NCBI GenBank assembly: GCA_051362555.1
Contig: CM120646.1
Span: 13,826,001-13,890,000 of the forward strand
From: Lingula anatina
Lineage: Eukaryota; Animalia; Brachiopoda
DNA length: 64,000 nt
Reading direction: 5' to 3'
The notes below the pieces were generated by a model. The model did no database searches, had not been told where the DNA came from, and worked only from the letters and a program-made list of their open reading frames with translations. Below, in pieces: positions 11,896 to 25,100 of the stretch. Within the stretch, counting starts at the first letter, position 1. Each line of letters starts with the position of its first letter. Made by a program: the position numbers and the translations under genes.

Positions 11896-12650
11896 CTTGT
11901 TTGATTATTTCGTAAATAGGCAATCAAAACTTGTTAGTTTCTACTTAGCTGTGAACCGGGAAGTAAAAACGAAATACGATAACGCATTATGCACACTTGA
12001 ATGAGTCACATATTTCTGTTTGTTTGAAGTTTTCTTTCATTTTTTTCTCTTTCGTACATAAATTAACGCCGCTAAAAGATATGCCCGTTTTGCAAATCAC
12101 AGACGTCTAATATGTGTTTTTTTTATTCACTGCTGAAATCCGCATTCCAAGAAAAGGAGATAACAGCGCGCCTTCTTAAGCGTGACGCAGCGTACACCCC
12201 AGGCGCAGGTTGCTTTGTTTCTTATCTCCAGATAAAAAAAAAATTGGGGTCACTAATCAGCTTTACTGTTTGTATTAAAGTTAATCTTTTATAACATGTA
12301 GGTCGAGAGTCTGAAAATTAAAATGTAATTTGTACTGTTTCTCAAAGTAGATACAAGTTAACTTCTACACTAGCATCCCGACAAACACAGAACGTTTTAT
12401 AACGTTTTTGGTTATGACAGTTGTAAGAAATTGTGTAATTAATTCATATTCCTTCACTGGTGCCAAATACGAAAATGCTTGAACACTGGTACATGTATAA
12501 TGAAGTAGGTGTTTGTATTGTCGTTCGGCTTTTTTTCAACCAACCAATTTTATTTGAATATTTGCCAAATTTACTAGAGAGTAATAAACTATCTAAACAA
12601 AACGTGATAAGTTAGTTCACACAAAAAATAAATGATGAATAACAATCTAT
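11896..12650 (-). promoter_or_regulatory. Upstream/promoter block of R1, duplicated upstream of R2 (about 17889-18635) and more diverged upstream of R3 (about 26604-26990)
   Basis: Collinear similarity is visible by eye. All three copies keep a GGAAGT (ETS-like) core. TGAGTCA (AP-1) is present at 12002 (R1) and 26694 (R3). Regulatory function is inferred only. Confidence 0.5.
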
Positions 12651-12805
12651 TAAAGCTGCTAAACGATAATTAATTACCCCTAGCAGCTTTAGTAGGCATG
12701 GGAGACTGCTTTGCCACTTAAGTTAATAGCGATTTAGCGAGAATCCCCCCGGAGATAGATCGACCCACAGTTACATGTAGTACGATAGCGTCTGGGAATT
12801 GTCCC
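12651..12805. mobile_element. MITE family A, half copy in the R2 3' UTR
   Basis: Matches the right half of 5112-5376 (GCTAAACGATAATTAATTACC..TTTAGCGAGAATC..GCGTCTGGGAAT.GTCCC) at the same position relative to the stop codon. Confidence 0.8.
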
Positions 12806-12812
12806 TTTGCCT

Positions 12813-14131
12813 TTAGGAGCCATATATGCTATTTTCTCTGAAAATAACGCCTTCTGAAGGAGGCTCTCCCTCTCCAGTGACGTCAGTTGGTCTGCCGTCA
12901 CTATCTTCATATAGGTCATTCTCTACCATCTGCATGTCGTCATCTGACACGTCATCACCGAAGTGCGTTGCCAGCTCGTAATCATCAGCGTCAGCTTCAC
13001 AGCTGGTACATTGGATTGCACTGGGTGGTGCATTTTTCTTTTTCTTCATCTCTGGCACAGCGTACAGATCGCTGGGGTTCTGCACACTGTCGCCCGCTGT
13101 ATCTGAGGCTGTACATACTCTGGCTTTTTTCTTCCTTTCGGGCACGGCGTACAGGTCAGCTATTGTACTTTCTTGTTCTTTTGCCTTCATGTGTAACTTA
13201 AAATCGTCTGATACATTTGGGGATGAAACGACGGCGTAGGAAAAGCCGGTCTCAGAAACACCTTGGGTGTCGTTGTTAACGTTGCTTGGTCGATGGGAGG
13301 AAGGTGGTTGATTTTTATGGTCTCGTGAAGAATTATTTTTCTCTTTGCCTCTGAAATCAAAATGATGTATGTAATAGCCAAATTAATTAATTAATTAATT
13401 AATTAATTAAAATCAGAAGAAGATGAAAAGAGCAGATAGTCTTTTCCTCTTCTGCGCAAAGCTTCTCAATTAGAGTTTTATTTGACTTAAAACCACGGCT
13501 CTGTAAGAAAAAATAGAACACGCGTGCTCCTTGTCATGTACTCGTGCACTTTGTCGTGTCGTGAGTTTCTGTTACAGCCCTTGTTTAAGAAATGATTATT
13601 ACCATGAAGTCTGGTGCATGTGTTTTCCCTTTGAAAAAAATCGCATGAAATCTAATACTTAAACGCTTAAGTCACTAATCAGAGATCAAAGTCTGGTATG
13701 TCTTTCTTGTTATTGAATAATTTTCTTCTTTTTATTTTAAATTGTTTTTATAAATGTAGAATCTGTTTATAATGTGAAAGAAATCGTATGTTAACCCCAA
13801 CGCTAAAACACTTAAGTCCTTAATCAGATCAGAAACAGATATATCTTTGTAATTATTGAAAAAATTACCTTTTTTTCATTTTTTAATTGTTGTTATTAAT
13901 CGCAGATGCGTAATGTAGTATACCCTTTGATTGTTTCCATTAAAAGTACACTGTACCTTCGTCTCCAGTATACTAGGCCAATTCCTACAACTACCAGGAT
14001 GACAACAACCGCCGCTGTGCCACCACCTGCTGATATTGCTACTATGTTTTCTGAAAGTGGAAGATAATGATGAATTCTTAACATCTGATCAACATAATTT
14101 AATTTTGGAAACAGAATCGTTTGTGTCATTT

Positions 14132-14199
<68 letters not shown>

Positions 14200-17100
14200 T
14201 TTTTTTTTGTAGATGGTACTTTTGATATAGGATAGACTTTTTCTTTTTCGGATGGATTTAATGACAAACTGAATTAACTGTCCTTTAATTCTTAGTCATT
14301 ACTACCTCATTGGGGAGCGCATATCATGTATGTCGGACGTCCTTTTATTTTTAAGTTTTTGTCAACCATTGCAACTGAAACTTTACTTCTGCATCTGCAT
14401 TATCTTATGACACAGCTTACAGTTACCAACCCGGTTGTCCGGTCATTCTGTCCGCGGTTTGACCACTGGTCTTAATACACTCAGGTATACGCCCCCATCT
14501 GCCATCATGTCCACAACTCAGCGTCACGTAACTTGGATCAGTGTCCATGTGAAAACCATCTGGGCATGTTACATTGACTTTGCTTCCATATAGGTACGGT
14601 CCCGTTGTTGATACGCTGAGGTTTCTTGTCAAAGATATTATATCTGTGCACTCAACAGGGGAACAACTCGGTACACTGCCCCTACTTGGAGTTCCATCCG
14701 CTTGACATTCAACTGTTATTACGTCTTGGTTACCAGGAAATAAATAGCCCTTCCGACAGCGGTACGATTTAGAGTCTGGGTACCTGAAACTTGCTGACCC
14801 GTTCACTGTGATGTTTTGATTATGAGTAGGTAATGGACAAGACCTTGGTTCACATGCAGGTATCTTAGTTTGGTTGAAATTGCCATTTTCCATGCAAAAT
14901 AAACTGACAGATGATTGGTTAGTGATTGGTAGCGCGTACCCGGTATCACAATCTAAATGTACGTGGTCTTCGTAGAGTTGAGTTCCACTTTCTCTTGGTT
15001 TCATACGTGTCAAGTTCATCGGCAGTTGACACTGCACACGTGAGCAATCTGGGATGGATGCATTGAACGTTAGATTTGTAGTACAGGTGATCGTCTTTAT
15101 GGAAGTATTATCAGGGAACATGTGACCGGTGGGGCATTCAAAGTCCACGTGTTGGTGCACGTGGTATGGCGGAACTTTAGATGACGTCGCGTTGTTTCCG
15201 ACATCTGGTGGCGTACAATGACCAGGCTTACACTGGGCAGCAGTGCCATTCCATGTACCGTTGATTTGACAAAGTAACGTCTTTGATGTGGAATTGTTTT
15301 CGAAAAAGTGTCCCCGAATACACGTGGATTGTTGTACATCCCCAATGTTGTTAGGTCGGGATGATGAATAAACCGTTATATTATCTTCGCTAACGTGTTT
15401 AGGGCATGTCGTAGCTGTAAGTATAGGATTGATATTTATTAACAATATATGTCTCTTAATTATTGCTACAGAAAATTACAAGGATAAAAGTAATATAAAA
15501 TAACTTATTAATGATACACCCCGGTACATGACTCAGTGCATCTCATAGCCACAGCTTCAGTCCTCCCCATCAATAAAAATCATTACCAATATCGTAATAA
15601 GAAATACAACTTAATAATTCAAAACCCGGTAAATTTCTTATCAAACTTACGGCTGGTGCAGGCATCTCCTGTGAAACCAACATGACATATACACTGCCTT
15701 GGGACAGACGCTTGCCTCAGACAGCAGCCATAATTACAAGGTTTTCCGCAATTCCATTCTTAAATAATGAAAGCAACATAAGAGCGAATTTGGTCAGTGT
15801 GAGAATAATGTAGTCACTAAAAGTAAAATTTGACAATGTGTTTGCTTGATAATAATTAAAATTCCATTATTTGAACATGTTCGGAGACCCTTGAACATCC
15901 TTCCTACCGCCATTCTGCAATCTGAGCGAACAATGTGCCTCCTCTGAGCCACTAACAGTGGCCTTGTCAGTTTATGGTCGCACAAAGGAGACACAAGGGT
16001 CGCTTTCCTGTGTAAGGGGGGGGGAGGTTATAAACACATTCCCTGCGGACTATTGCTTGTTTTAAGAACCAGTATAATTTTACAGAAAGTATTTATTTTC
16101 GGCATCAAACAAAGTCGTTTTTATACAAAAAAAATTAAGTTCTTCTACATGTCATTTTGACCCTTGAAAACATCCCCTAATATTTAGAGATTTCGTCAAT
16201 TTTTCATTAAAATATTTAGAGATTTCGTCAATTTCTCACTGAACAAGAAATGCCCAAGATTTCAAGATTTTTTATGTGTTCACCCATGGACAAGTAATAT
16301 TCGTATTATTTGCCCAAGGTTCACCAAGAAAAGAAAAATAACTCCTTGTTTATATTTCCCTTTATGTTCTTGATAAGAAAAGTATATCTTACAGTTAAGG
16401 CCGTGTATTAATTAGTTCCTCGTTTCAAGTTATTGCTTGATAGATTAAATGCTTGAATAGAACAAATGGACTCAAACATTGAACTAACCTTCGCCTCTGG
16501 CACACTTATGAACATTATAACGATCAACATTAGAATCATTAAAACGCATACTGCAAAATGTGCCTTTTCCGTGAAACCAGCAACCTTTATTAAATATATT
16601 CCACTCAACAGCATAACAGGAGGAATTAGTAACACATCCATGAACACATTGTTCTACTGTTCTGAATTTTGTCATCTCTGATGCACCGTCTGCTCTGTAT
16701 CCACGAAACACTTGAGTCACATTTTGTGACACTGAAAATACAGTGAATTATGATCATATGGTACTTGTAATATATCTGGATCACATTATGCAAAACAACA
16801 GGAAACCCATTAAACTGGAATACTTTCCATTGAATATCTCAATTTTGAGAGCACATGACACATTTAAAAGGAGAATATTTCCCTGAGCGTTATAAGTAAA
16901 CATCTTAAGTAAACATCTCTAATTATCCTTATACTAGTGAGTATTATTTATTATTTTATTTTTACTAATCAACAACTATTTGTCAAATGCATGATGATAA
17001 TTTAAAATGTTATTTTTAAAGAAATAAATAATAGTTACTTTAAAGCATGAGCAAAAGTTGAATATTTGTACACGAAAAAGAGGAAAGAAACTATGCTTGA

Positions 17101-17888
17101 AATAAATGATTATAGTGGATACATATTTACTTGCGCATTCAGTTGGTGTCTTCGTTCCACATAGTCTCATGCTCATCAAGGGTCGAGGGCACCTGCGGTA
17201 CCATGGAAGAGCATCGATGTCAGGTTCACTGCATATACCTAAACGACAGAACACTGTTACACGCACGCACACACGGCATCCCACATTAATTTTACAAAAC
17301 GGGAAATCTGATGACAATGTGCATTTATTAACAAAATTAGAAGCTTTAAAATATTCAAACAGCCATCTTGAATTTGATGGGCGTGCTTTAAAATGTGAAA
17401 GATGTGAAAATGCATTAAAATCATATTGAACCCTAAATTCAACTCAAAGTCTGGCCTGGTGAAATTGTCCTGGGAGTTCGGATACTAGAACTAGATACGA
17501 AGAAAATATATACATTAGAAGGAGGCAATGTTCGACACAGACACGTTCACGTGATGTAGTATATTGGCTATTTATATGAATGTGTAATAAAATAACTCGT
17601 GTGATATTACTGTTGCTGTCATACTGCATTGTAACCCAGCCATAAAGTGACACACTGCAGTGCCAATTATTGACCCTGGTCTGAATGATTTGCGAATATA
17701 AGGTCACTGTTTAAAGATCCCATTACTCTTTGGTGAACGCACTTTGTATTAAGCTGTATAATATATGCACTAGGCCATTCATTTGACTCACCTTCCACTG
17801 AATTGATCTTGTTGACCCAAGTCAGCATGATCAGTATACCGACATTTCTCAGTCCTGCAGCATTTAAGCAAGTGAGAGAGACCGCCAT
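12813..17888 (-). CDS. Receptor R2: paralog of R1 with the same architecture (about 723 aa)
   Basis: Exons 17888-17792, 17238-17131, 16731-16489, 15758-15651, 15414-14431, 14050-13957 and 13350-12813. Introns are GT-AG with the same phases as R1; 2172 nt open frame. Confidence 0.88.
13380..13410. repeat. (TTAA)n microsatellite
   Basis: Seen directly in intron 6 of R2. Confidence 0.85.
14137..14197. repeat. (ATT)n microsatellite
   Basis: Seen directly in intron 5 of R2; absent at the equivalent site in R1. Confidence 0.9.
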
Positions 17889-19202
17889 CTTGTTTGATTA
17901 TTTCTTAAATAGGCAATCCAAAGTTACCAGTGTCTACCTAGCTGTGAACCGGGAAGTAATAACGAAATACGATAAAGCGTTATGTATACTTGAATAAGTC
18001 ACATACTTCTGTTTGTTTGAAGTTTTCTCTCTTTTTTTTCTCTTTCGCACATAAAATAACGCCGCTAAAATATATGCCTGCTTTGCATATCACAGCCGTC
18101 TCATATGTGTTTTTTTATTATTCACTGCTGAAATCAGCATTCCAAGAAAAGGAGATAAGCGTGACGCAGCATACAGCCCAGGTGCAGGTTGCTTAGTTTC
18201 TTATCTCCAGATAAAAAATCCGGGTCACTAATCAGCTTTACTGTTTGTATTAAAGTTAATATTCTATTACATGTAGGTCGAGAGTCTGATAATTAAAATT
18301 TAATTTGTACTGTTTCTCAAAGTAGATACAAGTTGACTGCTACCCTGACATCCCGGCAAGCGCAGAACGTTTTAGAACGTTTTTGGTTATGACAGTTGTA
18401 ACAAATTGTGTAATTAATTCATATTCTTTCAGTGGCGCCAAATACGAAAATGCCTGAACACTGGTATAATAAAGCAGGTGTCTGTATTGTCGTTCTGCTT
18501 TCTTTTCAACCAACTAATTTTATTTGAACCTTTGCCAAATTTATTAGACAGCAATAAACTGGCTAAACAACACTTTATTTTCCACGTGATAAGTTAGTTT
18601 ACACAGTAAGTAAATGACGTTATCTACAGATCTATATGCAGTGCGCCCCACTACTGTAACGTTCCGACTTCCGAATCATGATAATTAGATAATTCGCTGT
18701 TCAGCTACATACATTGATATGTAGGCCTACATGTAGCCGACTGTTCTAGCTGTGCGTTATTCACTCCCTATGTCATTTTTCGAGTGTAAACTGGGGAGTG
18801 AAATAAAAAATAAATAGTTAACAGCTCTACCATAAAATCATATTGCTGTGGTATAACAAAGGGCGTGTAAAGAATATGTGTATATTGTACATGGCTCCTA
18901 GCACCAGCATCCACGGCAAGCGAAAATGCGGATGCTTACTTAATCTGTCTTTGTCGAGATAAAAATCTTGCCTCCAGTTAAATTTGTTAATAATCGTGAA
19001 GCAATTTCGACTGTCGCTACGCTTTCTTTTCAGGAATTTCCCCATGCTAATTTGTTTATAATTTAGAGCATTATCATTCCAGCAACACAATTTTCCTCTG
19101 ACGATCAAGGAAAAAATAGAATTTTATCTGTGAATCTTCATGATATAGGCACGGGCCACAGATGCTATTTTCCGTAAAAAATAACGACATCTGACAGATA
19201 CC

Positions 19203-22137
19203 TCACACACCGTTGACGTAAGTTGCCCCATCGTTACAGAGACTGTCATACAGGTCCCCTGGCTTGTCTCTGATATGCCTCAGTGATTCGTATTCATTAG
19301 CGCTAGCTTCACCTGTACCTATGGTTGTGCCAGGTTGTGCTGTTTTGTATTTCATCTCTAGCGCAGTGTAATTATCGCTAGGGGTTTGCACACTGTCGCC
19401 CCCTGTATTTTGACCGGCCCTTGCTCTTGTATTATTCCTCCTTTCCGGCACGGTGTACAGTTCACGCATATTATTTTCTGATTTGTCTTGCTCTTTTGGG
19501 GGATTTACACCCCCTGATGCATTGGAACAGGTAGCGGCGACGGTAGTGGAAGAGAGATTGTTTGATACATCCTGGATGTTATTGTCTCGAGACGCTGATA
19601 GATTACTTGATTGGTGATGCGAAGAACTGTTTTTCTCCTTGTTTCTGAAAGTAAAGTGTTGTATAGTTACGTGCGTTATGTATTAGACAGAATTTATTAC
19701 CATATTAAAAGCCTGTATTCCGACAAAGAATTTCGGGGAGGTGAAAGGTGAGGTATTGCATTTCAGTTTTTCACCATTTAGGATATTTCACACCTATTTC
19801 GTAATCAGACATTAGCGACAGACCTATCTTTAATTTAGCTCTCAGGTTGCTGCTCTATGCAGGGTTTGTTTACATTCAGTGGATTTTCATTAAAGTACCT
19901 TTGTCTCCAGTATACTAGGCCAAAGCCTACAACTACCAGGATGACAACCGCCGCTGCGCCACCACCTATTGATATTGCCGCAATGTTTTCTGAAAAGTGG
20001 AAGATAATGATGAATTCTAAGACTGGGTTCCCATGCATAGATGGAACCATCTGGATCGGTCTACCTCCCTGGGGAGTCCCAGTAAATTGCTATCACTTAA
20101 CCGGCTTAAATGTCTGTCAGATAATTAAGATAATCTGTTAAGAAAATTTCCCCTTACAGCTTTACTACGCGTGACAGACATTTAAGCCGGTTAAGTTGAG
20201 AGAAATTTAGTGAGACTCCCCAGGGAGATACATGTAGATCGATCCAAATATCTGTGGGAATGGTTCCTAACCATCTGATCAGCTCAATTTAATTTTGGAA
20301 ACAAAAGCGTTTGTGTTATCTGTCTGGTAGATGGCACGTTCTACAGTATGTAGTAAGATAGACTTTTTTCGAATAGATTTAATGATAAATTAAATTTAAC
20401 TGTCTATGCAGCTAGCGTGATCTTTGGGAATTTTAGACACTCACCACAATGGGGGGCGCTTATCATGTATTACTATCTTTCTTTCTATTTAAAATGTATA
20501 TGTCAACCATTGTAACGGAAACTTCACATTATTCTATTGTACAGCTATTGTACAGCTTGATAAGTATGGGGAAATTGTTGTTTACTCCAGGAAAATTAAT
20601 TTTTTTGGCCAAAACGAACAGTTATTATCCCTTTAAGTTTATTCAGATTCAGTTCTACAAAGTTATAAATCAACGGTTACCCACCCGGTTGTCCGGTCAT
20701 TCTGTCCTCGGTTTGCCCACTGGTCTTAAAACACTCAGGTAGTACTAGTATACCTCCCCAAGTGCCATCACTTCCACAACTCAGCGTGACGTAGCGTGCA
20801 TCAGTGCCCATATTATAGCCATCTGGGCATGTAACATTGATTTTACTTCCGTATAGGTACGGTCCCATTGGCGATACGCTGAGGTTGGTCGACAAAGACC
20901 CAATATCGTTGCAGTATACAGGTGAACAACTCGGTACACTGTCCCTACTTGGAGTTCCATCGGCTTGACATTCAACAGTTATTACGTCTTGTTTACCAGG
21001 AAATAAATAGCCCCTAGGACAGCGGTACGATTGAGAGTCTGGGTACGTAAAACTTGCTGATCCAGCCACCGTGAGGTTTTGGTTATGAGAAGGTGGATGA
21101 CAAGACCTTGGTTCACATGCAGGTAACTTAGTCTGGTTGAAGTTGCCATTTTCCATGCAAACTATATTGACAGATGTTTGGTTAGTGACAGGTAGCACGT
21201 ACCCGGTATCACAATCTAAATGTACATGGTCTTCGAAGACATGAGGCCCGCGTTCTCTTGGTTTCATGTGTGTCAAGTTTTGCGGCAGTTGACACTGCAC
21301 TCGTGAGCAATTTGGGATGGATGCGTTGAATGTTAGATTTGTAGTACAGGAGATAGTCTTTACGGAAGTGCCACCAGGGAACAAGTGACCAGTTGTGCAT
21401 TTAAAGTCCACGTGTTGTTGCACGTGGTATGGTGGAACTTGAGATGGCGTTGCGTCGTTGCCTACATCCAGTGGCGTGCAATGGCCGGGTTTACACTGGG
21501 CAGCAGTATCATTCCATGTACCGTCGATTTGACAGAGCAGCGTCTTTGAAGTGGAGCTGTTTTCGAGAAAGTGTCCTCGAATACACGTGTATCGTTTTAC
21601 CTCCCCAATGTTGTAAGGTGGGGATGATGCGTGAGCCGTTATATTCTCGCCGCTTCCAGGGTCAGGGCACGTATCAGCTGTAAGTACAGAAAAGGTTTGT
21701 ATTCAGTTATATTCCGGAAAGTCTCTTTATTCTTGCAACATAAATTGTGTACATAGAGATAATAATATCGTTATAGTGATAATGGACGAGACTCAGCTCG
21801 ACAGATAAGCTTCAATCCACTCCAATGTAAACAGAATTTGAAATGACGTTAGAAACACAGCCGAATAACTCTCTCTTAACAATACTCCGAAAAAAACTTA
21901 CGGCTGTAGCAACATGATTGCTGATTTGTGGAATACCCTTGCTGACAACAGCCATAATCACACTGTTTACTGCATTCCCATCCTGCAAAAGTAAAGAAAG
22001 CAACATCATGGTTAGTGGCTACATATGTAATACTTTGGTTATTAAAAGAGTGGTTTTTAAGTCTTTATTACCTCTTCATTATGTAATGAGTGTATAATGT
22101 TTAAGGTGTAAATATACCCACTGGGAACCCATTGAAT

Positions 22138-22177
<40 letters not shown>

Positions 22178-25100
22178 CATCTTACCTAAACTGCTACATG
22201 TTGTAATTTTATAATGATCGATATCAGAGTCGCGTTTCGGCAAACTGCAAAATGTACCACTTCCATGAAACCAGCAACCGTGCCACTTTGTATTCCAGTC
22301 CACAGCGAAACAGGTGGGACTGTTTATACAGCCAGTAACACATTGCTCTACAGTTCTGAGTCCCCTCATCTCTGATGCCCCGTCTGCTTTGTATCCATGG
22401 AAAACTTGAGTCACATTTTGTGACACTGAAAATACAATAAAGTATTCGATCATATGTTACTTCTGATATATCTGGATTACAGCATGCAAAAACACATTAT
22501 ACTGGAATACATTCCATTGATTATCTCCATCTTGAGAGCAGATTGCACATTGTACATGTTTATTTTTAATCAGGATATTTCCGTAAGCGTTATGAATCAG
22601 CATCTTATATTTCAGTTAACCTTATATCAATGGGTATTTTTTTATTATTTTATCATTTACTAATGCACAACTATTTGTCAAATTCTTTGACCCAAAGGTT
22701 ACATTATGATATTAAAATGTCATTTTAAAGAAATAAATACTACACACACTGGACAAAAGAAGTGTCACCCCCTAACTCAGAGTAATGAAAGTAGGCAGAT
22801 CTTGGGTACTTATAATGCCTGGTCTACTTATAATGTGACTAATGAGTATAAAACTGCTATACCATGGAATTGTATTGTTGGTCTTGTACATGTACAGCAA
22901 ATATTATTCCTGTCTTCCTCCAATATGGCAAGATACAGGTAATTATCTAACGGCTATAGGTGCAAGTTATTAACCTGAAGAGGCGGAATATAAGCAATGT
23001 CAGTATATCGATACAATTGAATTGTTTAGTCAGAACCGTGCAGAGGGTCTGGTCTCAGTATAAAAACACTGGATCAAGAGACAAAATGTCTCTGATGGGT
23101 CGTCCAAGAAAAACTACTGGCCGTAAAGACCGACGACTGATTTTGATGTCCAGGTTGTCAAAGTTCGACACTGCTTGTCAGTTGACAACACAGTGGAACA
23201 ATTTCACACATAAGAATGTGTCTGTGAAAATTGCTAGGCGTCGGTTACATGCTCATAGAGTGTAAAGCAGGGTAGCAAGACTGAAACCTCTTTTAGCGTT
23301 ACAAAACAGGCAACGTAGAGTGAACTAGGGTCAACAGGATCTGGAACTGGGCAGTCCATGACAATTGGTCCTACATATTGTTTTCTGATGAGTGTCGCTT
23401 TGGTCTTACCTCTGATGGCAGACGGGTACGATGCTAGCGAACTGCTGGTAAAGCATTTAAACCACATGTACTTAATTTTCGAACCCAGAGCAGCATATTC
23501 ATCATGGAGTGGGGCTGCATCAGCATCCATGGCGTGGGCGAATTGATAGTGGTTGATGAAAACATGAATAACTAGAAATTTATCGATGTTTTGGAGTCAA
23601 GCTTGCTACCATCTATTACTAACATGTTTGGTGACAGGAATTATCCATTTGTTCACCAGGATGACAATGTTCCTTGTCACAGGACCAGAGCAGTTGATGA
23701 TTGGTTTGACCAACAGGACATTCGCAGGGTGATGTGGCTTGCCCTGAGTCCGGTTGAAAACATAATAGAAAATGTGTGGAATGATATGTCAAAACTTTGG
23801 ATAAATGCCCGTCTAACAAGCAGAGAAACTCTGTTATATTCAGTGTTTCATGCTTGGGCCAGCATAAGCCCTGAACGCATCAGACAATTATATGAATCCT
23901 TGCCTCGTAGACTGGCACCTATTATTAGGTCACGTGGCTATACCACTAAGTACTAATTTTGGACTTGAAATTGCACATTTTGGTAGAATGTATATTTTTT
24001 TCTCATTTTGTGATTTTTTGTGAAATTTGATGTTAATAAAATGATACCAGGAGCATATCATTCCACAGTCATTTATCTCCCCCATAGTATTGGCTCAGTA
24101 GGGGTGACACTTCTTTTGTCCAGTGTGTAGTTACTTTTAAGCATGAAAAAGGTTGCATATTTGCACACACACACACACACGATTTGTCCTAGGACAATTC
24201 CCCCCGGACAATTTCCCCCCGGACTATTCCCCCCGGACAATCCCCCCCCCGGACAATTCCCCCCAGGACAATTACCCCCAAGAAATATCTATTTATACAC
24301 AAATATAATGTAAAAAGTGTAAAGTTTAAAACATTTCATCCATTTTATTAATATTTTTGGTGTGATAATGCAACTTCATCATGAAACAAATTATTTTATA
24401 ACAAAGTCCTTTTTCATTTAGTACTAGTACAGAAAGTTTTATCAAACATCTAATCAAAGTATAACCACCTATCCTTCAGGTAAAGGTTGGGTAAACAGAT
24501 AAACAGATATGAATATTCGACTGTGGTGGGTAGTGGTCAAGCAATTAAAAGTAACAAGTAACCAAAGGGATACCTGCATGGATAAGTGAGAAAATCTGTT
24601 TACCCCACCTCTCCCTAGAGATGCACCTTGATTCAAGACTTAATCAAGGGGGGCCCGCACGAAAACGCAGTAGATGCTCCAGCGCAGTAGACTACTGCAA
24701 TCATACTGCAAATATGCTTCAAATCTGCTTCACATTGGGAGCTAATTAGCATATTTGAAACATGCTTCTATCGTGCTGCTAATCTACTGCATTAATGCTC
24801 CTCCTCTGTACAACCCTATGTAATTTTTGAAGTAGAATTGCAGTAGGGTATACTGCATTTCTACTGCAAATATGCTCCACACCACTACTGCGTTAATGCT
24901 TCTTTGCTACTTCGATACTACTGCATTTTCGTGTGGGGGGGGAGAGTAATGAGGCAATTTTATTTTAACTTTTGAAAAAGTAACAGTTAATTTATCAAAG
25001 GGTCACCTGGATGAGTGAGATCATCTGTTTACCCCACCTTAACTAGAGATGTACTTTGATCAGATTTTAAACAAAATGTTCTGTACTTATATCTCTAAAA

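Noticed and set aside
13638-13900. Diverged tandem duplication of about 130 bp in intron 6 of R2 (single copy in R1 at about 6173-6290)
   Set aside because: Real, but an ordinary local intronic duplication with no sign of function.
19203-19205. R3 TGA as a selenocysteine or programmed readthrough codon
   Set aside because: It aligns with a Gly codon, is not in a TGA-CTA context, no SECIS was recognised, and the downstream sequence is decayed.
24190-24280. GGACAATTCCCCCC repeats as an NF-kB site cluster or G-quadruplex regulatory element
   Set aside because: They are mirrored at 25260-25360 and are explained as subterminal repeats of the foldback transposon.
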